Position numbers and translations under genes: made by a program | The notes under the pieces: model-generated | Told to the model about the DNA's origin: nothing | Seen by the model: the letters and a program-made list of their open reading frames with translations, nothing else | The model's database searches: none | Shown: in pieces, positions 19,315-27,778 of the stretch | How positions within the stretch are numbered: position 1 is the first letter of the stretch | How the letters are laid out: each line of letters begins with the position of its first letter | Assembly (NCBI GenBank): GCA_946614135.1 | Contig: CAMOGH010000008.1 | Location: forward strand, 447-64,446 | Direction: 5' to 3' | From: an uncultured Lachnospiraceae bacterium | Lineage (GTDB): Bacteria > Bacillota > Clostridia > Lachnospirales > Lachnospiraceae | DNA: 64,000 nucleotides

Positions 19315-20679
19315 CTAAGCATAATGTAGAATAACAAACAGGGCATGCCTTATACAGAGGACAATACCCACATTTTTCAGCACATTTTTTTTGTTATATT
19401 TTTTCATTACATTAACTATCGCTTTAAAATCAATACCATCATATACGTTTCCAATAGGCATACTATAATCAACTCTTTCACACATATCAAACGTTCCATC
19501 AACTCTAACGGACAGCTTTGTTCCTGGAACACAAGCCCCTGTATATGGTAAAATGGGTACCTTATAGTCTTTATACATCCTTCTCATAAAAAAAAGCGCA
19601 GAATTAAGATTCCAAAACATATCTGCATATTCATTTGAAAAACTATTATTTTTCATATCCCCTATAAATAATTTTAATATTTCACTATATTCCGCATTGA
19701 ATTTCTCAATATCTTCCTTTCTAAACTTTTTGTAATAATTCGTATTTTTATCTAATACGGCGTTAACAAATGATAATCTCGGTAAATCCTCATCTTTAAA
19801 AAATTCATTATTTTCTAATAAATTTGTTTTATAATCGAATACACTTATTATATTAATTCTATTATAATCGGGATATTTTTCCTTGAAAGATTTCAAATTA
19901 TTCATGATTATATCAAAAGAACCTTTATTATTCGGAAGAACTCTATTTCTATCATGATTATTTTTGTTTCCATCCAAACTAACCGAAATATAAAAATCAT
20001 TAGAAACTAAGTATTCCGCAATTTCATTCTGCAATAATAAACCATTTGATGTTATGCTAAAAATATACTCTGACGGACAATTTTCTTTAGTATATTCCAC
20101 ACATTTTTTAATTATTTCGAAATTTAATAGTGGTTCTCCTCCATAAAATGTAACAACACATTTTTTTCCTGGATTATACATTAATACCTTCTTAAATTCC
20201 TTAAAATAATAATCTAATGCATCTATTGCAGTTTTTTCACTCATTATCTTATCCGTTCTATTTCTTGTATTGTCATATGACTCAGAAAAAAAACAATATT
20301 TACATCTCAAATTACAATTTTCAGTTAAATTAAGAACTATCTGTCCAAAATACCCCAGCTTAAACAAACATATTTCAACTTCTTGCTCATCAAACCTATC
20401 AATAAATTGTTGTTCTCTCTTTACCTGTTCACTTGTCTTATAAAATCCTGTAAATAACCTCGAATATTTTTCTACAAAAGATAATCCCCTTTTTACCATT
20501 TTTTCGTTTTTATATTTTTTAAATAATATTTTTTCAACATCTTCAATTGTATTTCCCTCATATAAATCAATACTCTCTTTTATTATTTCATCACACGCGA
20601 TAACACATCCCGTATTAGAATCATATATATACTGATTTCCATTTACTGTTTTAAAGTCGATATAACATTTTTTCTTCAT
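19315..20679 (-). CDS. Radical SAM / SPASM-domain peptide maturase A, frame-broken at an A8 run; the intact frame would continue to 19193
   Basis: CNLRCKYC at residues 122-129 and GACVPGTKLSVRVDGTFDMC (C-x11-G-x4-C). The remaining SPASM cysteines (CAEKCGYCPLYKACPVC) are encoded in the -1 frame after plus-strand T8 at 19385-19392. Confidence 0.8.
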   Translation of the reverse strand: MKKKCYIDFKTVNGNQYIYDSNTGCVIACDEIIKESIDLYEGNTIEDVEKILFKKYKNEKMVKRGLSFVEKYSRLFTGFYKTSEQVKREQQFIDRFDEQEVEICLFKLGYFGQIVLNLTENCNLRCKYCFFSESYDNTRNRTDKIMSEKTAIDALDYYFKEFKKVLMYNPGKKCVVTFYGGEPLLNFEIIKKCVEYTKENCPSEYIFSITSNGLLLQNEIAEYLVSNDFYISVSLDGNKNNHDRNRVLPNNKGSFDIIMNNLKSFKEKYPDYNRINIISVFDYKTNLLENNEFFKDEDLPRLSFVNAVLDKNTNYYKKFRKEDIEKFNAEYSEILKLFIGDMKNNSFSNEYADMFWNLNSALFFMRRMYKDYKVPILPYTGACVPGTKLSVRVDGTFDMCERVDYSMPIGNVYDGIDFKAIVNVMKKYNKKNVLKNVGIVLCIRHALFVILHYA

Positions 20680-20807
20680 TCCTTACTCCACATCCCTTAT
20701 GACGTTATTTTTTCTGCAAATATGTGTGTTTTATATATTTATCTTCACATTCCAATCAATTGTATGACATTTTTTTCATTAGTTAATTTAAGCATAAAAG
20801 CAGAACT

Positions 20808-20835
20808 ATTGTAAAAAAAAAGAGAGTTGTGTCAA
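20808..20835 (-). promoter_or_regulatory. Sigma-A type promoter of the RiPP operon
   Basis: Minus strand reads TTGACA, 16 nt, TACAAT, about 120 nt upstream of the maturase A ATG. Confidence 0.55.
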
Positions 20836-20882
20836 GTAAAATTGCATATTTTTTAAATTATTTTTCATCAAATGTTAATAAT

Positions 20883-20930
20883 AAAAAATCTCCAGGATCC
20901 TAGGTACATACTAGACTCCCGGAGATTCTT
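20883..20930 (-). terminator. Rho-independent terminator after the large surface protein gene
   Basis: Hairpin aatctccggga...tcctggagatt followed by TTTTTT on the minus strand. Confidence 0.7.
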
Positions 20931-20944
20931 CACCTTATATTATA

Positions 20945-23900
20945 TTACCTATCCAATTCTATTGTAAATCGCTTTATTCCACCAGAGAATTTATAATCTC
21001 CTACCCAGAGGTATTTGCCATCATAATTTAAATAATGGGCATTAAAGAACGTATCACTGGACTGAATTGACTTTGCATCATAGGCCATATCAAAGAATTC
21101 ATTTGTTGGATCTGACAGCAATACATCATAACCATCATACATAGAGGAACCAAGTCCAAGAACAGCTATAGATTTTTTCTCCTGCTCCTGTATTTCAGAT
21201 ACTGCATCATCTATGGAATTCCATATTATAACTCTTCCAAATCCTCCATCACTAAGCACAACTTTTCCAGTTTTTGTAACTAATGCGTCTGCCACACCAT
21301 TAAATGATCTGTATACCTCCTCATATCTTCTTTCACCATTATCTAATCCCACTACCATCTTAACTTGGGCGCCTTCAATTACATTTGCGTTATTGTAGGC
21401 TGTATCATTTAAAATATCAGCTACATTTACTATTGTGGCTGTATCTGTACTAGAGGCCATAGCAATGTATGTATTTCCATCATCACACTTCGTTACATGA
21501 ATTGAAGGGCTGTCGTAACTAATCACTCTTTCAGATGGAGCCTTAAATGTAAGCTTTAATATTTTAACTGGCTCATCTCCATCTTTAGGTATACCCTGAT
21601 AAATATAAAGCTCATCGTGCTGAACAAGATATAAATACCCATCACAATAGTCAATTGATTTAATATAATTAAACTCTCTATTTCCTATTTTTTTATTAAG
21701 ATATATATCCGGATACTCTCCTTCAAATACATCCTCAATATTTTCCCAATAATAAAGTCTTCCTCTTTCAGCTATAACAAGGCCTGTTTTATTATTCTTA
21801 TTAATTAGTGCTGCATCTTCCACAGGTCTTGTAAAAGTTATTCTCATATCTGGTTTTGCATCATTTTCATTTGGAATCTTCTTCCAAAGACAAACCACTC
21901 CATTATAGTCATCTATTGCAAGCATTCTTTCCCCATCTGAAACAACGATACAGTTCTGATATTTGTACATTACATCTGCTGTCTTTACATAAGGATTTTC
22001 AGCACCAATACAGATATCAGGCACATCTATACAATGCTTTTCTATAACGCCTATATCCCTTCTATTCCAATAATAAGCCCCATTATAGACAAATGTATCT
22101 CCGTCAATTTCTTCTAGTTCAGATATATTAATATCTGCAGGTTCATCAGGGAACTGATTTGCAGCAAAGCCAACTACCTTTCCTGCATTTATGCCTACTG
22201 AAAATAGATTACCTTTTTCATCCTGAACAAGAGAACATATGTCTCCTCCCAGGAAATAATAATAGTCATCTGCATCTATCTGACTTCCGCCTATATAATA
22301 ATCCGGCCTGTCACTGGCGTTATCAATTTTTCCATCTTTCCAGACAGTTATTGCTCCTGCCTCATGAAGAAGAAGAGTTCCTTTAGGAATAACCTTACCG
22401 TCTTTTGTTGTCATATCATACTTTAAATAAAGTCCAGATGGCTGTCCTGAATTTCCGTCCCAATATGTAAAATCTCCCGGATTTTCAGCAAATTGGAAAA
22501 GAACTTTTGAGTCATCATTTTTGCTTCTAATTTCCTCATAGGATATATTTTCATAATCATTAAAGACTCTTAAAGCTGTCATATTAGCCCCGTCAGACTG
22601 AACTATATTATGATCTCCTATAAGAAGAATATTATCCTTACAGGTTATAGTACGTGGAGTACCTCCTGTCTTAATAACTTTATCTGGAAATTTATCCTCT
22701 CTTGTTGGAAATCCCTTATCCCATATAAGAACATATCCATTCTGAGTTGATGTACATATAAGTTTTCCTTCCTCTGTCCATAAATCCCAAGGCCAGGCAA
22801 TTCTTGATTCATTGGAATTTATAAATGCAGCTTCTTCTCCATAGTTGTAGTCTGTATGGTCAATCATCTGCATAATAGAGAAATCTGCAGGAGTACCATT
22901 TGCCCCTTCATCTGGAAGATCTTCCCATACAAGAATTCTGTCATTCTTTGCGTCTGCCACAAAGATTTTAACTTTTTCATCTTTAGTAACAGTAGCTGCA
23001 ACTCCCACAGGCCAGTTAAGACTTCCCAGGTCATATCCCGCCTTTGAAGACTCCGCATCTTTTTGTCCTAAGACACAATAAATATATTTTGAAACATCTG
23101 CCCCATTGAATAATCTGTCTTCTGGCACCTTAAATATTATTACTCTGTTAGACCATGTGTCTGACAGGAAATAATAATTAAATCCGTCCAAACAAACTGA
23201 ATCCATATCTCCCGGATGCTCATAATAAGTATCACTGCATTTTTCCATACCGGAAGAAAGAAGTGTAAGATCTAAAGCCATTCCATCTTTTAATTCACGA
23301 TACTCTGGATTTTCTGCAGCTATATATGAATTATTCTCTATAAAATCTGTTTTATAAAGACTTGAAAATGATTCAACATATACAGATACTGATTTATAGT
23401 AAATTCCATTTACAGAATTAAATCCCACTCTGATATCGCACCTTCCGCCTTCTCCTGGAACTGCGTATATTACGCCCTCTTTATCAACCTTTGCAATTGT
23501 TTCATCAGAAGAACTCCAGCTATATTCTACTTCTGTTCCCTTTACTAAAACATCCAGATCAAAATATTCCCCTGGTTCAAGGCGTACTCCCATTCGGGAG
23601 AATTCAAAATCAATAACATTTACAGTACATTTATACTGCTTTCCTTCATAAGTCGCTGTTATTTCACAACTTCCCGGTTGATTGCCAAATACTTCACCGT
23701 TTCCAACTCCAGCTATATTATTATTTGAAGAACTCCAGCTAACTTTATTTTTATCTGCTTCTTTTAAATCCAGCTGATATTTTTCTCCAGCTCCAAGAAA
23801 TATATTTTTCTGATTAAGTTCATATGTCTTATCCTCTTTAATTTCTTCTTTTAGGGCACCACTGGAATCAAATAAATATTTCTTTCCATCTATTGTTTGT

Positions 23901-24370
23901 CTTCCAGTTACCATGGCTCCAGAGGAATCCATATAATATTTTTTTCCTCCTGAATTAACCCAACCGGTTACCATAGCTCCAGAAGAATTCATATAGTACC
24001 ATTTTCCGCCCGATTTTACCCAGCCAGTTGCCATAGCACCACTGGAATTCATATAATACCATTTACCGCCTGATTTTACCCAGCCTGTAGCCATAGCTCC
24101 AGAAGGATTCAAATAATACCATTTTCCACTAACCTTGATCCAGCCGGTCTCCATATAACCCTTGGAATTAAAATGATACCATTTTCCACCAATACTAGCC
24201 CACTTACTTGCAGGATAAGATCCATCCTGATAACAATACCACCAACCGGTAGCATTATGTTTCCACCCCGCAGTGGCTGCATCAACTTGCCCATATCCAC
24301 TTTTAAAACGAACTGAAAAAATGAGAAAAAGCGCAAGAAAAAAAGCTAAAAACCTTTTTGTTTTTACCAT
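20945..24370 (-). CDS. Secreted cell-wall-binding protein: signal peptide, about 7 choline-binding-type repeats, two Big_2-like Ig domains, and a large C-terminal propeller-like region
   Basis: GGGAGGTG precedes the ATG (MVKTKRFLAFF...). There are 20-aa GWxKxxGKWYYxxxSGAMxT repeats. Two segments resemble Big_2 domains. Recurrent h-h-h-W-x-x-h-P motifs fill the C-terminal region of about 800 aa. Confidence 0.8.
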   Translation of the reverse strand: MVKTKRFLAFFLALFLIFSVRFKSGYGQVDAATAGWKHNATGWWYCYQDGSYPASKWASIGGKWYHFNSKGYMETGWIKVSGKWYYLNPSGAMATGWVKSGGKWYYMNSSGAMATGWVKSGGKWYYMNSSGAMVTGWVNSGGKKYYMDSSGAMVTGRQTIDGKKYLFDSSGALKEEIKEDKTYELNQKNIFLGAGEKYQLDLKEADKNKVSWSSSNNNIAGVGNGEVFGNQPGSCEITATYEGKQYKCTVNVIDFEFSRMGVRLEPGEYFDLDVLVKGTEVEYSWSSSDETIAKVDKEGVIYAVPGEGGRCDIRVGFNSVNGIYYKSVSVYVESFSSLYKTDFIENNSYIAAENPEYRELKDGMALDLTLLSSGMEKCSDTYYEHPGDMDSVCLDGFNYYFLSDTWSNRVIIFKVPEDRLFNGADVSKYIYCVLGQKDAESSKAGYDLGSLNWPVGVAATVTKDEKVKIFVADAKNDRILVWEDLPDEGANGTPADFSIMQMIDHTDYNYGEEAAFINSNESRIAWPWDLWTEEGKLICTSTQNGYVLIWDKGFPTREDKFPDKVIKTGGTPRTITCKDNILLIGDHNIVQSDGANMTALRVFNDYENISYEEIRSKNDDSKVLFQFAENPGDFTYWDGNSGQPSGLYLKYDMTTKDGKVIPKGTLLLHEAGAITVWKDGKIDNASDRPDYYIGGSQIDADDYYYFLGGDICSLVQDEKGNLFSVGINAGKVVGFAANQFPDEPADINISELEEIDGDTFVYNGAYYWNRRDIGVIEKHCIDVPDICIGAENPYVKTADVMYKYQNCIVVSDGERMLAIDDYNGVVCLWKKIPNENDAKPDMRITFTRPVEDAALINKNNKTGLVIAERGRLYYWENIEDVFEGEYPDIYLNKKIGNREFNYIKSIDYCDGYLYLVQHDELYIYQGIPKDGDEPVKILKLTFKAPSERVISYDSPSIHVTKCDDGNTYIAMASSTDTATIVNVADILNDTAYNNANVIEGAQVKMVVGLDNGERRYEEVYRSFNGVADALVTKTGKVVLSDGGFGRVIIWNSIDDAVSEIQEQEKKSIAVLGLGSSMYDGYDVLLSDPTNEFFDMAYDAKSIQSSDTFFNAHYLNYDGKYLWVGDYKFSGGIKRFTIELDR
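23849..24268 (-). repeat. Tandem 60-nt coding repeats (cell-wall-binding repeat array)
   Basis: About 7 successive 20-codon units. The central three are near-identical at the DNA level. Confidence 0.85.
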
Positions 24371-24535
24371 AAAACACCTCCCTGACATTATAATTTTAAC
24401 TACTTCTTTTCTACTTACCCCTAAATAGAATTTTTTCTTCCTGCAGATATTTCCCGCAAGAAGTCCTACATATATAAATTATAAAATACAGGATTTTATT
24501 ACTCAAATGAAGGAATTGTGAAATGGTTTTAAACA

Positions 24536-24578
24536 AAGAAAATCGGGATCCCCTCTAGAAAGGTTTCCCGATTTAACA
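24536..24578 (-). terminator. Terminator after tRNA-Arg
   Basis: Hairpin aaatcgggaaacc...ggatcccgattt followed by a T-rich tract on the minus strand. Confidence 0.6.
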
Positions 24579-24581
24579 GTG

Positions 24582-24655
24582 TGCGTGTTAGAGGATTCGA
24601 ACCCCCGGCCTTTTGATCCGTAGTCAAACGCTCTATCCAGCTGAGCTAAACACGC
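24582..24655 (-). tRNA. tRNA-Arg (anticodon ACG)
   Basis: Minus strand GCGTGTTTAGCTCAGCTGGATAGAGCGTTTGACTACGGATCAAAAGGCCGGGGGTTCGAATCCTCTAACACGCA. The anticodon loop is CTACGGA. Confidence 0.9.
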
Positions 24656-24691
24656 AAAATATATATGAAGTCGCATCAGCAACAAAAGATA

Positions 24692-25345
24692 TTATATACT
24701 TACAATGTATTCTATGTCAAGAGAAAAATTATCTTTTTTTGAAGCAATTGCAATAATATATTCTTCTTTATAGCTGTTTTCATTCATAAGATATATATAT
24801 CCATTATTATCCTTTACTTTGCAGCTGTCTGTAGTCACTTCAAATGACTTTAACGGAATGCTTATCCCTGTACCATTCAGCTTAAGATATGCCTCTTTCA
24901 TAGTCCAGATCTTTCTAAATACTATCTGTTTCTCATCTTCAGGCGCATCCTCAACTGCACTTCTTTCTTTATCTGTAAACAGTCGTCTTGTAACAGCATA
25001 ATTTTTATCATCCTTTGTTTCTATGTCAACACCGCACTCACTATCATCTGTGACCACAACACAGTAATTACCTGAATGGGCTATATTAAAGAAACAGTTT
25101 TCAAATCCTTTAAGATATGGCTTTCCCATTTCATTATATCTGATCTTTATATCATCCTTACTGATACCAAAGGATTTTTTTAAAGCTCTCTGTACTAAAA
25201 GACCTGCACCGGCTGAAGTAAGGATTGCATCTTCCACCTTAAGTTTATCGAGCTTTTCTTTTCTCCAGTCACAGAGCATTTCCCTTACAGCCTTAATCTT
25301 TTCGCCAATATAAATCTTATCAACTTTATAAATATATACTTTCAT
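24692..25345 (-). CDS. 4'-phosphopantetheinyl transferase, Sfp type
   Basis: 217 aa. Motifs GKPYL, GVDIE and WTMKEAYLKL. Confidence 0.85.
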   Translation of the reverse strand: MKVYIYKVDKIYIGEKIKAVREMLCDWRKEKLDKLKVEDAILTSAGAGLLVQRALKKSFGISKDDIKIRYNEMGKPYLKGFENCFFNIAHSGNYCVVVTDDSECGVDIETKDDKNYAVTRRLFTDKERSAVEDAPEDEKQIVFRKIWTMKEAYLKLNGTGISIPLKSFEVTTDSCKVKDNNGYIYLMNENSYKEEYIIAIASKKDNFSLDIEYIVSI

Positions 25346-25492
25346 TAAAATATCCCCTTAATATCAATAAGATTTTATCACAGCGCTTAAGATAGTTGTA
25401 ACTTTATTTTTTGAAAAAGCCGGGAAATCGTTATCACTCGACCTCCCGGCAACCCGCTTTAATACAAATACTTTTAAGCATGTCTAGCTTTA

Positions 25493-26554
25493 TTATTTTC
25501 TCTTCTCAAGTCTGGAAAGCACTTCAAGCAGAACACTCGCTTCCTTTTCTCTCGCTATTCCAAAATACATTTTAAATCTGGAAGCATCTTCCATATTCTC
25601 TGTAATTGAGATCTTGATAAGAAGATTTCTTGCAGTAAGCATGTTTTTAACTACAAGGCTGTAGTTATCCAGCAGCTCCGCATCATAGGCGATGTAGCCT
25701 CTTTCCATAAGATATTTTATTCTCTCATACATAAGTTTTTTATGATCATAGAGAACATGAATCGCTCTTATGTCAAAATCAGGCTCTTCCATATTAACCT
25801 GTTCCATAAGCCTGTCATAGACCGCATCTAAAACGCTTATACCATAAGTTGTATTATCATGAACGTTTCTTAACATCCTATATTTTTTCTTTGTATTTAC
25901 CGAATTCAGATATTCAAAAATACTCTCTTTGATGAATTCGATATCTACTTCATACACAGGATTTTCTGTATTCTTAAAGATAACATAAAGCCCTCTGTGA
26001 CCCATATAGTCATCTCTGAACATATGATCTTCATCTGGTGAAATGGCTTCATAACCTTTTCTTAATTCATCAAAAGAAACGGTATTGTGAGAATATCTCT
26101 CCTTAAATGTAAAATCACCTGTATAAAAATATTTCTTATCCCTGTTATATCCATAAATAAATAATTCATGAGGAAACTTATAATCTACGCTATAATCACT
26201 TAGAATCTTTGCTTCATCAAAAACACCATAAACATAACCACCCAGATCAAGTGTCTTAATGATAAAATCTACTATATCCCCACAATAGCACTCTATCTGG
26301 GATTTAGTCATAAGTGAAGTTACCAGATACGGACAAGCCTTTAAAGAACTTGTACCGGGGATCATATCTGCAAAGAGGATCTCATCCCCTGTAAATATCT
26401 CTTCAACTTTAAAACTTCTTAACTGAATATAATTACTGTATATCCACTTTTTTGCATTATCATCCTCTGAAAGGATTGAGAATAATGTTGCATGCCACTG
26501 CCATGAGGTAATAAGTGGATTCCTTGTTACCGGCAAACGCATCTTATCTTCCAT
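25493..26554 (-). CDS. Hypothetical protein associated with the carrier protein (possible papain-fold acyl or peptidyl transferase; unverified)
   Basis: 353 aa. GGAGGGA precedes the ATG, which sits inside the 3' end of the carrier-protein gene (11-nt overlap). Contains KACPYL and, later, PHELFIYGYNRD. Confidence 0.45.
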   Translation of the reverse strand: MEDKMRLPVTRNPLITSWQWHATLFSILSEDDNAKKWIYSNYIQLRSFKVEEIFTGDEILFADMIPGTSSLKACPYLVTSLMTKSQIECYCGDIVDFIIKTLDLGGYVYGVFDEAKILSDYSVDYKFPHELFIYGYNRDKKYFYTGDFTFKERYSHNTVSFDELRKGYEAISPDEDHMFRDDYMGHRGLYVIFKNTENPVYEVDIEFIKESIFEYLNSVNTKKKYRMLRNVHDNTTYGISVLDAVYDRLMEQVNMEEPDFDIRAIHVLYDHKKLMYERIKYLMERGYIAYDAELLDNYSLVVKNMLTARNLLIKISITENMEDASRFKMYFGIAREKEASVLLEVLSRLEKRK

Positions 26555-26837
26555 ACTCTATCCCTCCAATAACTCTTTTCTCTCCTGCCTGTTCTTCCAA
26601 CTTATTGCCCACTCTCTCGATCAGATCATCAAATGTTCTATAATCGGAAATATCTAACTCATAATCCGAAAACTTCACCTTAAACATATTCTCGCAGGAA
26701 ACAATAAGTTTAATGATTGAGATAGAATTGACACCATATTCAGTTATTAAATCCTTTGTGGTATCAACATTTTTAATTTCCGGAAGTGCCTCATTTATAA
26801 GACTTATCACCGCTTCCTGAATCTTCGTCATCCCCAT
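26544..26837 (-). CDS. Stand-alone acyl/peptidyl carrier protein
   Basis: 97 aa from MGMTK, with GGAGAGGGGG upstream. Phosphopantetheine-site-like GVNSISIIKL in a 4-helix-sized protein. Confidence 0.7.
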   Translation of the reverse strand: MGMTKIQEAVISLINEALPEIKNVDTTKDLITEYGVNSISIIKLIVSCENMFKVKFSDYELDISDYRTFDDLIERVGNKLEEQAGEKRVIGGIEYGR

Positions 26838-26934
26838 CTTTAACCCCCTCTCCAATGGTTATTTTATACAAAACAACTACTGATTCAAATGCAAATCTAG
26901 TAACATTTTACTATTTTTTTTCTTTAAAATCAAC

Positions 26935-26975
26935 TAAAAAAGAGACCTGTCGTTAACCGACAGGTCTCAAATATT
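26935..26975 (-). terminator. Rho-independent terminator after rplA
   Basis: Perfect 11-bp stem gagacctgtcg / cgacaggtctc followed by TTTTTT on the minus strand. Confidence 0.8.
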
Positions 26976-26990
26976 TTATAAAATGCTATA

Positions 26991-27707
26991 TTACTCTTCA
27001 GTTGAAACAGCAACATCCATAAACTTCTGTGGATTAAGCTTGATTCCAGGGCCCATTGTTGAAGTGATTGTTACACTTCTTAAATACTGACCCTTAGCTG
27101 CTGCTGGTCTAGCTTTAACTACAGCATCTAATAAGGCTTTAAAGTTGTCCGCGATCTTAGCTTCTTCGAATGAAGCCTTTCCTACTGGCACGTGGATAAT
27201 GTTTGCCTTGTCAAGTCTGTATTCGATCTTACCGGCTTTAACGTCAGCGATTGCCTTAGCAACGTCCATTGTAACTGTACCAGCCTTAGGATTTGGCATT
27301 AATCCCTTAGGTCCGAGTACACGTCCTAAACGTCCTACAACACCCATCATATCAGGTGTAGCAATAACAACGTCGAAGTCTAACCAACCTTCGTTCTGGA
27401 TCTTTGGAACGAGCTCATCGCCACCAGCGTAATCTGCGCCTGCAGCAAGTGCTTCGTCAACCTTGTTACCCTTAGCAAATACGAGAACCTTAACAGTCTT
27501 ACCTGTACCGTGAGGAAGAACTACGGCACCACGTACCTGCTGATCAGCATGACGTCCATCAACACCGAGCTTTAAGTGAGCTTCAACTGTCTCATCGAAC
27601 TTTGCGCTGGCTACTTTCTTGATAACTGAAACAGCCTCATCAAGGTCATATAACTTATTCTTTTCTACGAGCTTTGCAGCTTCGATATATCTCTTACCTT
27701 TTTTCAT
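26991..27707 (-). CDS. rplA: 50S ribosomal protein L1
   Basis: 238 aa. [14 protein letters not shown]...[14 protein letters not shown] is typical L1. Confidence 0.95.
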   Translation of the reverse strand: MKKGKRYIEAAKLVEKNKLYDLDEAVSVIKKVASAKFDETVEAHLKLGVDGRHADQQVRGAVVLPHGTGKTVKVLVFAKGNKVDEALAAGADYAGGDELVPKIQNEGWLDFDVVIATPDMMGVVGRLGRVLGPKGLMPNPKAGTVTMDVAKAIADVKAGKIEYRLDKANIIHVPVGKASFEEAKIADNFKALLDAVVKARPAAAKGQYLRSVTITSTMGPGIKLNPQKFMDVAVSTEE

Positions 27708-27778
27708 TAAATAAACCTCCTGTGGTATTATCGGAGGAGCGACCTCCTTCCACCTAATTAATTATTAATCACTGTGAA

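Noticed and set aside
14321-24655. Integrative element or prophage at the tRNA genes
   Set aside because: I found no integrase, recombinase, transposase or phage structural genes, and no duplicated tRNA 3' segment. Only the compositional and synteny argument remains, and that is reported as a finding.
24503-24685. 60-aa ORF in the ORF track
   Set aside because: It is entirely overlapped by a well-folding tRNA-Arg(ACG) gene and its terminator, so it is a translation artefact.
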